Shown piece by piece: positions 1-17,580 of a stretch of DNA of 64,000 nucleotides. The translations under genes and the position numbers were made by a program. Origin of the DNA: the human T2T-CHM13v2.0 reference genome, Homo sapiens; assembly GCF_009914755.1 (NCBI RefSeq), contig NC_060930.1; one strand, given 5' to 3'. Below the pieces are notes generated by a model. That model made no database searches. It was not told the DNA's origin and saw only the letters and a list, made by a program, of their open reading frames with translations. Within the stretch, counting starts at the first letter, position 1, and each line of letters starts with the position of its first letter.

Positions 1-622
1 AGAAGTTTAGAGAAAAAAGAGTAAAAAGAAATCAACAAAGCCTCCAAGAAATATGGGACTATGTTAAAAGACCAAATCTACATTCAATTGGTGTACCTGA
101 AAGTGACGGGGAGAATGGAACCAAGTTGGAAAACACTCTTCAGGATATTAGACAGGAGAATTTCCCCAACCTAGCAAGGCAGGCCAACATTCAAATTCAG
201 GAAATGCGGAGAACACCACAAAGATACTCCTCGAGAAGAGCAGCCCCAAGACACATAGTTGTCACATTCACCAAGGTTGAAATGAAGGAAAAAATGTTAA
301 GGGCAGCCAGAGAGAAAGGTCAGGCTACCCACAAAGCAAAGAACATCAGACTAACAGTGGATCTCTTGGCAGAAACTCTACAAGCCAGAAGAGAGTGGGG
401 GCCAATATTCAACAATCTTAAAGAAAAGAATTTTCAACCCAGAATTTCATATCCAGCCAAACTAAGCTTCATAAGTGAAGAAGAAAGAAAATCCTTTACA
501 GACAAGCAAATGCTGAGAGATTTGTCACCACCAGGCCTGCCTTACAAGAGCTCCTGAGGGAAGCAATAAACATGGAAAGGAACAACCAGTACCAGCCACT
601 GCAAAAACATGCCAAAGTGTAA
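1..622 (+). pseudogene. L1 ORF1 remnant (3' part, frameshifted)
   Basis: ORF 126-557 matches L1 ORF1p then shifts frame near 520; consensus end CATGCCAAA.TGTAA at 608-622. Confidence 0.9.
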
Positions 623-685
623 AGACCATCGATGCTAGGAAGAAACTGCTTCAACTAATGGGCAAAATAACCAGCTAACATTATA

Positions 686-4431
<3,746 letters not shown>

Positions 4432-5784
4432 GCAATGAGAACACCTGGACACAGGGCATGGAACATCACACCGGGGCCTGTTGTGGGGTGGAGGGCAGGG
4501 GGAGGGATAGCTTTAGGAGAAATACCTAATGTAAATGACGAGTTAATGGGTGCAGCAAACCAACATGGCACATGTATACCTATGTAACAAATCTGCATGT
4601 TGTGCACATGCACCCTAGAACTTAGAGTATAATAAAAAAAAAGGAACCATATTATATTACTATAGGCAAAAACAAGGAAAAAATTAATCACTCAATATCG
4701 TGAGCAAACAAAACACAAATTCAGGTCTTAAGGGTCTTTGAAGATATACCCCCAAAATAGAAACTTAACAGTTGTACAACACAGTAGTAAATGTTTCACC
4801 AGGAAGTTATTTTCCAAAGTAAATGTACAGAAAATGGTCTTATGAAATCAGAGGTAGAAATGATGAGCTTGGGCTTCAATTCATGAAGGTGCTCACTGCA
4901 AACTCTCTAGGCATCCTGCATGGCATATTGCAAAGCCAAATGTATTAACATATAGACCTCTTTAACAGAATGATGTGCTTTGTTTTTATTATGCTTTGCA
5001 GGGAGCGTATTTGGAGTAATTGTGAAAGTTCTCAGTGCAAAAAACTTATACACGGAAGTAATGGTGGTCAGTTACCCTTTAAAAAATAGTCTTTTGCTTC
5101 CCATATAAACAGCTTAATTATATGAAAGATGCAAAATTCTCCAAAAGGCTGAGTTTGTCATAAAGCTGTTTTTCATAGTTATAGCCTTACAACTTCAAAT
5201 GAATATGTTCAGAGCAGTTTCTAATAATTCTGTGAGGAGCAACATATACTGATCTTTGGAAGTTAGAAAAAGTTTTGATTTTAATCTTGAAAATTCATTT
5301 GAAGCACATTTGGTTTATTTTGAAGTCCTAGTTTTATGCATTTCACAGAAAAGGGAAACATAAATTTCTCATGGCTTCTCCGTTCAGCTTTATACCCCTG
5401 CTGTGTGGTGCCAGTCAGTGCTTGGCGAGAAATGATTCTTGCTTTCTAAATGACATACAAATGCTCCAGACAGTTGAGTGCTTATAAGTGTTCTGTTCCT
5501 TTCTACACTCGAAATAGTGCAGAGCACCAAAGAAAGAAATCTTACAGTAGAATGAAAATGACAGCAAGATATGGGCATCCTAAAGCAAAAGTAAAAGAAA
5601 TTGCCTCCTTGCTTCACTATGTATTTTCTGTATAAAATAAGTACCCCATTTTACCTTTTGTCACTAATTTATATGCAGTAAAATATACCCAAAGGCTATT
5701 TTATTGGCAGAAATATTTAAAAAGGAAAGAAACATTAGCCCTATCTTCATATTCCTCCATTGACTTAAGTAAATAAGTTATCTA

Positions 5785-6156
<372 letters not shown>

Positions 6157-6249
6157 TCAAGCACAGTATATTTGTGTAATTTTATATTAATGTTAAGAGT
6201 TGCTTAAAATAGTATCTGATTTTAACTGTGTATACCTTTCAAAAATTAG

Positions 6250-7270
6250 TAGTAGCAGCCAACAAGTCAAAAGATGCTCAATTTGATCCAAAATTTGGGA
6301 AACATTCATCAAAATGAGATATTATTTTAAAACTATGAAATTATTTTTAAGGTGGATAAATCACAGTTTTATTAGGGATTTCTGGAAAATCAGCTCTCTT
6401 AATATAGGTTGATGCAACATTTTGGAAGGGCAATTTGGCCATCTAACAATTAAAATCACACCTTGCAACTGGGAGAGGTGGCTCATACCTATAAACCCAG
6501 CATATTGGGAGGCCAAGGAGGGAAGATCACTCAAGCACAGTTCAGACCAGTCTGTGCAACATAGTGAGATCCTGCATCTACAAAAACATAAACAAAATTA
6601 GCCAGTCATGGCGACACATACCTGTAGTCCTAGCTACTCAGGAGGCTGAGGTGGAGGATTGCTTGAGCCTAGCAGATCCAGGCTGTAGTGAGCTATGATC
6701 ATGACACTGCACTCCAGCCTGGGTGACAGAGCAGGACCTTGTCTCAAAAAAAAAAAAAGAAAAAATTACACACTGCTTTTGATCTAACAACTCCTCTTTA
6801 GGGAATTTATTCCATGGATATAATCACATATGTGCACAAGGAAGGTCACTGCATCTGCATCCTTTTTAATAGTTAAAAAAATGGAATTAACCTAATTGCT
6901 CATCAATGAAATAATTAAATTATCTTGTGTTATACTGTCGAATACCACACAGCCATTAAAAAGAATACTGACATGAAAAGATTTCTAAATGAACTATTAA
7001 GGGAAAAAAGGAAGGCAAAGAACTGCCCAAATAGGAGGTATGGGCTGGTTTGTTTCAGAAAGTGAGAAGCTGATGTAACCATAAATGTTTATATATGAGA
7101 AAAAAATTCTTAAAGGACAAGCAAGAAACTATTAATATTCCTGAGTGTAGTGAATGGGATAGAACAAGAGGTCAGAAATGGAGGAAGAAAATGTTTACTT
7201 TTTATTTTATGTCTTCCTTTGCTGCTTGAAATTTTTACCACAAACAGAGATTATGTTTATAATTTAAAAA
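6250..7270 (+). mobile_element. Old L1M(E)-type 3' fragments interrupted by an Alu
   Basis: Degenerate L1 3' motifs (ttggaagggcaatttgg, aataccacacagccattaaaaagaa). Confidence 0.55.
6467..6765 (+). mobile_element. Alu (AluJ-type)
   Basis: gaggattgcttgagcc / ggctgtagtgagctatgatc J-type diagnostics, A tail. Confidence 0.92.
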
Positions 7271-7799
7271 TTAATAGCACCTAATTCTCAATTATAGGGA
7301 CTATTGAAACCATGGACATTTGAAACTCAACCAGATGAAAATTTTAACTGGCTCTCTTCCCTCTCCATTTACCCTTACATGTATAAAATGAAAAATGCCT
7401 TTTGTCATAGCAGATAAATACAGAAAAGTTTTGAACTGCCTTCCTTCTATCCCTGCATACCTCTTCTGATACAGCTGTTAATAAGTAATAAAGTTATTGT
7501 CCTCAGCAAGTAACCTTGCTAGAGAATGCACAAGGAAGGGATTGGAAAATGCATATTTATTGAAAACATACCCACTATGTGCCAGGCATTGAACTAGGGC
7601 TTAGGGTCCAAATGATTCACAAAACAAACACTTGGGATAATCAGGAAGATCTGAAGAAATTATGACAAGTTAGCTCTAATTGTTTTAAAGTTCTTTATGC
7701 CCATTGCTGGATGGAGCCAGAAGGAAGGTATTCAAGCATTTTTTATAAAATTGGTGAAAGGGACATAAGTTGAAGAAAAGAAAGAGAAGACAGAATTAG

Positions 7800-7978
7800 A
7801 CAACCACAGGTCTAGAACTGTATAATCTGAAAGGCCCTGGAGTGTTAGTTAGAAACGCAGGTTTCCAGTGCCCAACCTCAATGTACTGAATAAGACTTTC
7901 TAGAGGTGTGACCTGAGAATCTGCATTTAAGTCAAATTGTCTAAGTACTCTTTATAAGACTAAGTTTGAGAAACTCTG
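7800..7978. mobile_element. MER5-type hAT-Charlie MITE
   Basis: gaatctgcattt...aagtttgagaaactctg terminal pattern. Confidence 0.7.
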
Positions 7979-8921
7979 CTCTAAGGTTATTTCCTCCCTG
8001 AAGAATAAGTCCTACCTGGAGATACTCTCCTTATGTTTATTTTCTCCTTAGATTTCTAGGAAGGTCTTAGGGCCCATATTAGGGAGTGAGCTAGATGTTA
8101 GGGAAAAAACTCAATCTGTGCTTTTTAAAATTTTGCCATCTCTCTTACATTTTGTCACAATACAGATTTTTAAAATTATCTCAACAGATTCCAAATTTCC
8201 AATCCAATTGTTTCCTTAACATGATTATTTTCTCAGTAGCTTCATCATGAGTTTTTCCCTTAAGTTTGTGAAAGAGAAAGCTAGAGACCATGTATTTGCA
8301 GTTCATCTGTTATACTGTAATAACTGAGCATACATCTTGTCTTCTTTTGATTTTACTTGTGTTATAACTTTGATTATAGACAATTTTGTTGATAAATCTT
8401 AGTCTCCTAAAATATTTGAAAGACTATTATAAATAAGGTCCTAAAGTTTAGAAGGCATCTGATCTCTCTGTAGAGTCTAGAATATTTTAGATAATAATGA
8501 TGATAAGTATAAATCAATATACGACTGCCAAGTATAAACAGAATTGAATCTAGTTCAATGTGCATTTATCGATTACTTATTATACTGCAATTTGCCAAAG
8601 GGTATTAGAGGAGGTAAGCCGGTTATAAGATACAGTTCTACTCTCAAAGGGCTTACAGGATGGTGAACAAGGCTCATCTATAGACTAACTTTAATAAAAG
8701 GCAAAATGACAGATTTCAAATAAAAATGCAGTAAGCAGTAAATCAAAACAATAGGAGCTTTGGAGAGTGACTATTTGTGAGGCAGGTAACCTAAGGAAAA
8801 GCAGAACAAATAAGTCAAATCTACTCTGTTTACAGATGTTGCACCCAGATTTTACTCCACCAGAGCACACCAAGCACAACAAAGAAGGCTTCACAGAGGA
8901 GCCTGGTTACAGAGAAATTTA

Positions 8922-9375
<454 letters not shown>

Positions 9376-9723
9376 TCAAAATGATATTATTTACATTATT
9401 ATTATTGTTGTTATATTGAAGAACATATCTATAAGAATTACAGAAACCAGCAAAACTAAGAAGTTGATGTCCTAAAATGGGAAGAGACCTAGGAATTTCC
9501 AAGTCTGTCACATCTGCACAGTATTATTTCTTTAAAAAGCCAAATGCCACAAAAGTTGTATTCTCTAATTTTTTTAAATAACCTTGAATTTCTGATGAGG
9601 CAAATGAGGCACAGTGATTAAAATTTAGAAATATAGGAAAAGAAAGGCACTTTAAAATATTTATTTCTCTCTGATTCTTTGGAGAAATGCTGTGAACCAA
9701 CTCCAGGATTCTCTATAGAAACA

Positions 9724-10020
9724 GGCTGGGTGTGGTGGCTCACGCCTGTAATCCCAACACTTTGGGAGGCCGAGGCGGGCTGATCATTTGAGGTCAGTAG
9801 TTCGAAACCAGCCTGGTCAACATGGTGAAACCCTATCTCTACTAAAAATACAAAAATTTGCCTGGTGTGGTGGTGGGTGCCTGTAATCCCAGCTACTTGG
9901 GAGGCTGAGGCAGGGGAATCGCTTGAGCCCGGGAGACAGAAGTTGCAGTGAGCAGATCGCGCCACTGCACTCCAGCCTAGGGAGACAGAGTGAGACTCCG
10001 TCTCAAACAAACAAACAAAA
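9724..10020 (+). mobile_element. Alu (AluS-type) with (CAAA)n tail
   Basis: Full dimer. Confidence 0.95.
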
Positions 10021-10689
10021 GAACAATGTATAACACATTTATGCTTCCAAGATTTTATTTTGCTTTATTTCACAATTATTTTCATCTTGGTTAAATTAGA
10101 AGGATAATTGAGGCTCTATTAAAAGCATGTTCTTTAAATATTATTCTCCTTATTTGCATTTGGCTTTTCCTCAAATGGAAAGGAAAACGATATCCAAATA
10201 GACAATTTTTTAAAATCCCTCCTTATTTAATTACCTGTTCATATAAATATATGAAAATATATATGCTAGCCTTTTTTTTTTTCTGGGAAAAACTCAAAGG
10301 CTACAATTAATCCTCTTAAATGTGAGTCCCATGTTTTCTCTGCTTTTGGAATCACTTCAACATGTGGCACAGCACCTGCCTTAATATTTTTAACATTATA
10401 TTGACTCCTTTTGCTGTTCCTCTCGAAGAAAATGTCTTCCTTGGAAAAGTGTGGTGTCTAACCGATCCCAATAGCGCTTTAACCCATGCTCTTTCTCTTT
10501 GCATCTGTGGGCACAGCACTGGTTCCCAGACTCTGGGGGTGGGGGTGGGGGGTTTCTACTGGACCAAACCCAGGATAGACTCCGTCCCTCACTTCTGAGA
10601 TCCAGAGGCTGCCTGTCTGTGGCTGGGCTGCCCAGCCCTTTGGAAGAGAGTAGGTTGATGGAGCCTCTTCGAAATCAGGCAGCAGTGCC

Positions 10690-11680
10690 CGCGCCACGGC
10701 CTCTGCAGGACAGACTCCAGCATCCCCGGGGTGGGTTTCCGGAGGCCTCGCTCCCCGCCGCGCCCTGGAAAGGCTCCAGAATCTCTCGGCCTGGAGGCCC
10801 CTGGCGGCCTCTGCTCCCAAGCGGGGAGTCGCAGCCAGGCTACAGCGGGCTTGATCCTCAGTGCTGGGTGGAAAAACCGCGGCGGCAAACGCCGGGCCTG
10901 CAACTGCTGGGTGTCGGCGTTGCTGGCTCGCGGGCGGCGGCGGCGGCTGCTCCGCGACAACAGAGGACGCGAGCAACCGGCGCAGCGCCCAGCAGGGCCT
11001 TGGCGGGGTGGAGGGGCGCAGGCTGGGTTAGCGGAGCAGAGCGGACCGATCTGGTGCCCTCCGTGGCCCGAGGCCTGCGGACCTTCTCCGTTCTCCGGCC
11101 CAGGGCGAGAGCGGGGCAAGAGACAGCGCCCCGATAGTGGCGCACGCTCTCCGCCATCCCCGGGCCTCGCGCTTTCACCTCGCGTGCTGGGGCGAGGGCG
11201 GGGCTGCGGGGTGTACTGGGTCGGGGGTAGGAAGGACCTGCCAGGCCTTAGCCCTGAACTATCCGTCATCCGCTAACGCCGCGCTCCCTGCATCCCTGGC
11301 TTGGCCCCCAGGCTCTGCGCCGCTTGTCTGTAGCAGACACAACTCAGCTCCCTTACTGTCCTCAGGCCCGGCTATTTCAAGAATTCCAGAAAAAGAGTGC
11401 ACCGGCGTGTGCGGGCCGGTGCTGCCCGGAAAACCCGTGAAGCAGGCACGCACGGCCCGGATGCAAGCACATCTGTCCCCTCCCCCAAAGGTCTCCCCAG
11501 CTTTATTGATCGCGTGGGTGCGGGTAGGGATCTAAATTTGTCTCCCAGATTTTCTCTGAAATCGAGTCTCTTGGGAGTGAAGGTCCATATGATTACACCA
11601 CGTCCTTAGCAGTCGCGTTGTGTTCAAAATGGGCATGGGTGCTCGCGGCGCGGATACTGAGTTCCCCAGAGACGCGGAGT
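10690..11680. promoter_or_regulatory. Upstream CpG island (candidate alternative promoter/enhancer)
   Basis: Abrupt GC- and CpG-rich ~1 kb block in AT-rich DNA, not recognisably repeat-derived; (GGC)n run near 10933. Confidence 0.85.
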
Positions 11681-11760
11681 CTTTTGCCCCAGGGGCTTAT
11701 TCTTGTTTTCTCAATGGAACAGGTCTTCGAATCTCCCCAGGAACATCTCAGTAAGTAGGG

Positions 11761-11796
11761 GTGTGCGTGTTTGTGTGTGTGTCAGTGTGTGTGTGT
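11761..11796. repeat. Imperfect (TG)n microsatellite
   Basis: gtgtgcgtgtttgtgtgtgtgtcagtgtgtgtgtgt. Confidence 0.85.
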
Positions 11797-13929
11797 AAAT
11801 GGTTCCTATGAGCTGACAGTTTGGTATTTAAAGAACAAATGGACATAAGCACAGAAGTCATGACTTTTCTATGGATAAGATTGAGATTTCTGAGATTTCC
11901 AAGACAAGGTTGACCTGTCACGGGATAGTATTTTCAATCCTTCTCATTTAAAAAAAAAAAAAAAAAAAGCCTGCACTTATGTAGAGATTCGTTGGACATT
12001 CTTGTTAGTATCTGAGATTACTTTGATGTTCTAAGTTGAATACAGGCATGCATTTTCATAATAGAACATTTGTCATATCGTATGTATTCCCATTGCAGAT
12101 CATTTTCCCACAAAACTGTAAGCTTCTTCAAGGCAGGAAGAGCTTTTATTCGCCTCTGACTTGTCCCAAACCAAGTAGTGCCTGCAAATATCAAGTACAC
12201 AATAAATGAGTGTTAATTACACCACTCACCCCCAATCCTTACATTTCCTGTAGGCTCTAAATATTTCTATGTGTGTGCAAAGGAGAAGAAATGGAGGAAT
12301 GTGGACATAGGGTTCACAGATACTAAATAAACATAAAGACATGGCCATCCATGCTGATGGACATTTACCAGATAGTAATGGTGCTCAGAATCAATTTGCT
12401 AATCAAGTCTCCATAGTTTTAGGGTTGTTATGTGCAAGAGGTAGGAATGACCTACATTATCAGGCAATTCTCTTAAAAATCAATATCTGGATATATATGT
12501 CTCCCACCCCTGAACCCCCATTTTTTCTTTCTTTCTATAGATTAGGTGTGGTGTAAACCATTATACTTGAAGTGGAAATGAGCTTGCTAACCTGTGATAC
12601 CTTACCTTGGATTTACGGGTACATTTGGCTAACCTCATATTTCCCTTTTTGCATTTTTTCACTGGAATCCTAAGATAACATAAACTGGTGAAACCTGGTT
12701 TGGGTATCTAAAATACTTAACTTGGGAAAGTGAACTGAAAATATTAAAAATCATTAGCTGCCTTAATTGTTCCTTTTTCAACTCAGTGATACTATTATAT
12801 CCTCTCTTCTCAGCCTTTGAATGTACTTCCCAGTCTCTTCCATGAGTAAACATTTGAAGATTAAACATTTGAAGATTCTACCTTGTTAATATGTAATATT
12901 AACTGATACTGTTTTTCATAAGGGGTTTAACTGTGCCTGGTCACCTTATATAATGCCGCTTTAAAAACATCACCATCACTGATGCGTTATAAAACATTTA
13001 TTCTGGACAACATAGTATGTAGAACACTTTCCATTAATTACTAGAAATCTTTTGAAGAGGACGCTGCCCACAATGGGAAGTATTTTTATTTTAGATCCTT
13101 GTACTAAAAAAATATACTTCACTCAGAGTAAATGAAAAGACTGGGTGCCTCATCAATATCATTGTTTCTAAATTTCTGTAGACTATTCAGTTGCAAGAGA
13201 GATAGGTCTTTTGTCTAATGCTCTAACGGTAAAAAAAATATTAGTTTTATTAAGAACTTTAGGGTTAAGCTCTTGGATTTTTGTAGCACCTCTTCTACTC
13301 TTTTGTTCAAGTGCCAAGTATTAATTCTTTTCAGCTTGTAAGTAAAATGTGGTTCAGAATGCTACCTCTATTTGTAGCATTAGGAAAAAAAAATGCTGTA
13401 GATATTTATAATAATTCTCGACAATATTGTTTTATTTTAGCATCAATTTCCTCTCCTCCGTTATGATTTTTAATGGAGTCCTTATTGGTGTTTTTTTTTT
13501 CCTTGACCTACTTTCTTTTCAATAGCTTTCATATATAGCCTGTTGTCATTGTTGGTGATTTCTGTAGAGTGTAGTAGAGTCTAAATCACGGTGAAACAGA
13601 GTAGTTAGTTATCACTTATTCTAGAAATGTTTTCGTGGTTTAAAAGTCATCTGGTCTGTTCATATTCTGACTTCTTTTAAACTATGCTTTTCATGAATTT
13701 GCTCCGTTCTCCAGACTGAGGATTGAACCTCATTCTGCTCTGACCCAATTGTTCTTTTCCTTTGTTGCCTCCACCCCCTAGAGAATGTGTTTCCAGGGGA
13801 CAGGCGTTCTTGGTGCTGAAGAGGAGGAGAGTCAAGTGAGACGAGATCTGGTACCTCACGCACTAGATCCCTCCTCTCCGGCCTGGTGAGAAGTCAGAGA
13901 CAATTTTGACAGTTCATAGTCCTGCCTTG

Positions 13930-15270
13930 GCTCTCACGCTTGCGGTCCATGGGCGGGTTTTACCTTCTCTCTCTTCCTCTGCTTCTGGCCTGCTTACAGG
14001 CCAACAGCAAATGCAGCCATTGCCCGAGACCACTCAGAACTCTCCCTGTGCCATCCTCTTGGGGAACAGGAGGATATGTCCGTAGAAGACTTCGTGGACT
14101 GGGGAAAGCCACGCCGGGATCGGGACGCCGGAGAGGGTCGCCCCTCCCTAGGCTTTTTCCCGTCGCGGCGCCCACGTGACCGAGAGCAGGCCTTCACCAG
14201 CCCGCCCCTTTCGGCCGCTGCTGCCCACTTCCCGCTCGGGGTAAGTAAACCGCCGTTTTCCGCACCGCCCCAACCCCGCCCTTCTCCTTTCCCCTTGCCT
14301 TCACCTCCCTCGGGCTCTCTCGCGCCACTCTCCCCACCCCCATATCTTCCCCATCGGGCCCTTTGTACGTGCTCGGCGCCGTGCAAGCGCGCCCGGCACG
14401 TGACCCCGCCGAACGTGGCATTGTGTTATCACGTGACCCAGGTGCGTACGCGACGGAGCGGGGTGTGAAGATGGCGGACGAAGAGGCCGAGCAGGAGAGG
14501 TTGAGTTGCGGCGAAGGCGGCTGCGTCGCGGAGCTGCAGCGCCTGGGCGAGCGGCTCCAGGAGCTGGAGCTACAGCTGCGGGAGAGCCGGGTACCGGCCG
14601 TGGAAGCGGCCACCGACTACTGTCAGCAGCTGTGCCAGGTGAGGGCGCCCGGTGGTCCCCTCCCCCTTTCCCCAGCTAGAGGGGGAAGAGGGCGAGCGAG
14701 CGCTAGGCGGCCGAGAGGTGGTCGCCGCTTCCTTGGCATCATCGGCGCCTCCGCCTGGGTGGGAGCGGGAGTAGAAGGAAGGCGCCTTTGTGTGGCTGCA
14801 GTTGTGGCGGTTGTTGTCGTCTGCAGCTCCTGGCTGGGGGAAGGGAGTTGCGGTCAAGGCGGAAAATCCCCCCTCCCCTTTCCTTCCCTGAACTCGGGAC
14901 TGCGCGGTCCCCGCGGCTGAGGAAATGTACACGGTGCGGATTGGAGAGAGTAGGAGAATGGAGGCCAGGTTCTCTTCCTCCTCCTCCTTTTATTGTGCAC
15001 TGGGGATTACCGCGCCTCCCGCCTCTGCGCCTCTGCTTCCCACTCCGACGGGCCTCCGCCCCCACTGGTTTGATTCCTTTGCCTTCCCCTGCTTTCATCC
15101 GTCCCGCCCCCCAGCCCCGGCCCTGTCCTGGCTGTCTCCGGGCCTTTGTTGTTCGAGTTTCGCCTTAGGACTGAAGGGGCCTTTGTTGATGTTCGGAGGA
15201 GCAGTCCCCGCCGACCCCTTCTAGTTGAGCTAGACGTTCGGGAGGGGGTGCTTGGCGGAGGTTGTCCCCT
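13930..15270 (+). promoter_or_regulatory. ZNF292: Main CpG-island promoter of ZNF292
   Basis: CpG-dense, no obvious TATA box; CACGTGAC at 14173, 14397, 14430; TACGTG 14366; ETS/E2F-like ACTTCCCGC ~14227; GC boxes; YY1-like AAGATGGCGG over the ATG. Confidence 0.9.
14471..14638 (+). CDS. ZNF292: Zinc finger protein 292, coding exon 1 (56 codons, phase-0 donor)
   Basis: MADEEAEQERLSCGEGGCVAELQRLGERLQELELQLRESRVPAVEAATDYCQQLCQ matches recalled human ZNF292 N-terminus; Kozak AAGATGG; donor CAG|GTGAGG at 14638/14639. Confidence 0.95.
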
Positions 15271-16544
15271 CCTGCCCATACTTGCTTGCTTGGTGCATCA
15301 CTTCTGTGGTAAAGCTTTATCTCCTTAGTGTAGAGGAGCTGTGCCTGTACATCTGTCTCAGGTTGAGTGTCCTTTTGGGGCGGTTTTTCCAGAGTCCGTT
15401 TCTCATTTGCTTTCGCCCTTCGAGGAGTATGATTTCCACTATCCTTTCTGTCCCGATCACCCCCTCACCCCTGTTTCTTGGAGTCCTTCCTATTTGGCTT
15501 CCTGATGAAGTGGGAGAAGACTGAGGTTCATGTGGATCTGTGCTTTGGGTAGTTTCAAATCTTTTCTTTGCTTGCCCAAGGGCACTGCTCACCAGTGACT
15601 GCATTCTAACCAGAATTTGGAATGTTAATAACACTGTTTGCTAGTGATGAAAATCATTTCATCCATGGTGAAAATCGGAGAGTTTGGGACTACATTTGCA
15701 CTTCATTACGAGCCTTACACTTAGGTTTAAAATTTCAAGGTAGTGTTGCTGGCTCTGGTGAAGACTTTGATTTGATTGTCTTGAGGAGGAAAAAGAAGAC
15801 ACAATTTACACAGGTCATATTTAGAGTTAACTTGTGAGTGTATCATTACAGAGAATTCGTTTTGGAAAAATACTGATCTTAACGTAGAACAATGGTTGAC
15901 CATTTTAGCTGAGTAGATTACATTTTCACTTATTTTTTAGCTTCCAAATATTGAAATATTTTCTTTATTATGTCGGGGATACGTGATCACATACAAAAGA
16001 ATCTCCGTTGCTGTATGCACTTTATTGTCACAAATTATTTGATGGCTGTTCATAATCTTAAAAACAAAAACTGTGAGATCAAGTGGTGACGTCTAGGAGG
16101 ATGTGCAATGTGAAAGCTCCCTACTTAGGTAAATAGGTCTGGTGAGTACCTGTGGCAAAATTAAAGTCTCATTCCTTTGAATTTTAATATTTAAAAATTG
16201 TTGAAATTTCTCAGTTTCTCTACCTTGCAGTACCCACTCATTCTTAATTGGTCTTTAAAGATTTATTTTAGAGATAAAAAAATTTCTCTAAGATACCCAT
16301 AATAGGAAGTATTTCATTTGTAAGTCGAATCAGTTTTTATATAATAATCAGTGAAAACTATTAAAGTCTAGCTTTGCTGAAAGACATTTTCCCCTAATAG
16401 TGTCCACTGATAGTTTTAAGGCTAATTACTGTAAATTCTTTTTTTGTCAGCAGTATTTGTAAGCAGGATTAATAATTCTGGGAAAATAGAATCTCATGCA
16501 AGCTGGACTCCCCCCCGCTTTTTTGTGAGTGTGTGACGTTGTAA

Positions 16545-16894
<350 letters not shown>

Positions 16895-17272
16895 TGAGTT
16901 TTTTAATGAGTGAAACAGCATTTTAAAAATCAGAATGAAAGTAATTTCCTATATCAGTTTCATTAAGTGATTAGTCTTGCCACATAAATTGTTATTGATG
17001 CTACTGACAAAAAAACATCAAACACTAATGAAACAAATGCTGGATTTGTGGATTTCAAAAATTATAAAATATTTCATACACTGTAAGCTCAGAATAATTT
17101 AAATACACTTAAAAGTAATCTCCATTTGAAACGATACAGAGTGTGTCTGATTTCCTCTGGAACATTTTCTGGGGTGGGGTTTTTTGTTTTGTTTCTCAGG
17201 TAACCTATTTATGTTAGTGATCTTGTCAAGTGGAGGTAACTTGAAACAATTGTTTATTTATGTTTATTTACA

Positions 17273-17580
17273 GGGGTGGAGGTGGCTCACACCTGTAATC
17301 CCAGCAGTTTGGGAGGCCGAGTTGGGCGGATCGCTTGAGCCTGAGCAGCATGGCGTGGCCCCTTCTCTACAAAAAATACAAAAAACAAAACAAATCAAAA
17401 AAATTAGCCAGGCGCTGTGGCGAGTGCCTGTAGTCCCAGCTACTTACGAGGCTGAGGTGGGAGGATCATTTGAACCCGGGAGGCAGAGGTTGCAGTGAGC
17501 AGAGATGGTGCACTGTGCACACTCCAGCCCGGGTGACAGAGAAAGATCCTGTCTCAAAAAAATAAAAAATAAAAATAAAA
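17273..17580 (+). mobile_element. Alu (AluJ-type), deletion in left arm
   Basis: ggatcgcttgagcc / ggaggatcatttgaacc, A-rich tail. Confidence 0.9.

Noticed and set aside
10793-11143. CTCF-like motifs (rc CCGCCAGGGGCCTC; CCCGATAGTGGCGC)
   Set aside because: Mismatches at core positions and high chance expectation in GC-rich DNA
10479-11609. Overlapping 100-226 aa ORFs on both strands
   Set aside because: Expected stop-codon scarcity in a CpG island; Arg/Pro/Gly/Ala-rich with no recognisable domain
14363-14920. 185-aa ORF spanning exon 1
   Set aside because: It starts at a non-ATG codon and reads through the GT donor; only 14471-14638 matches ZNF292
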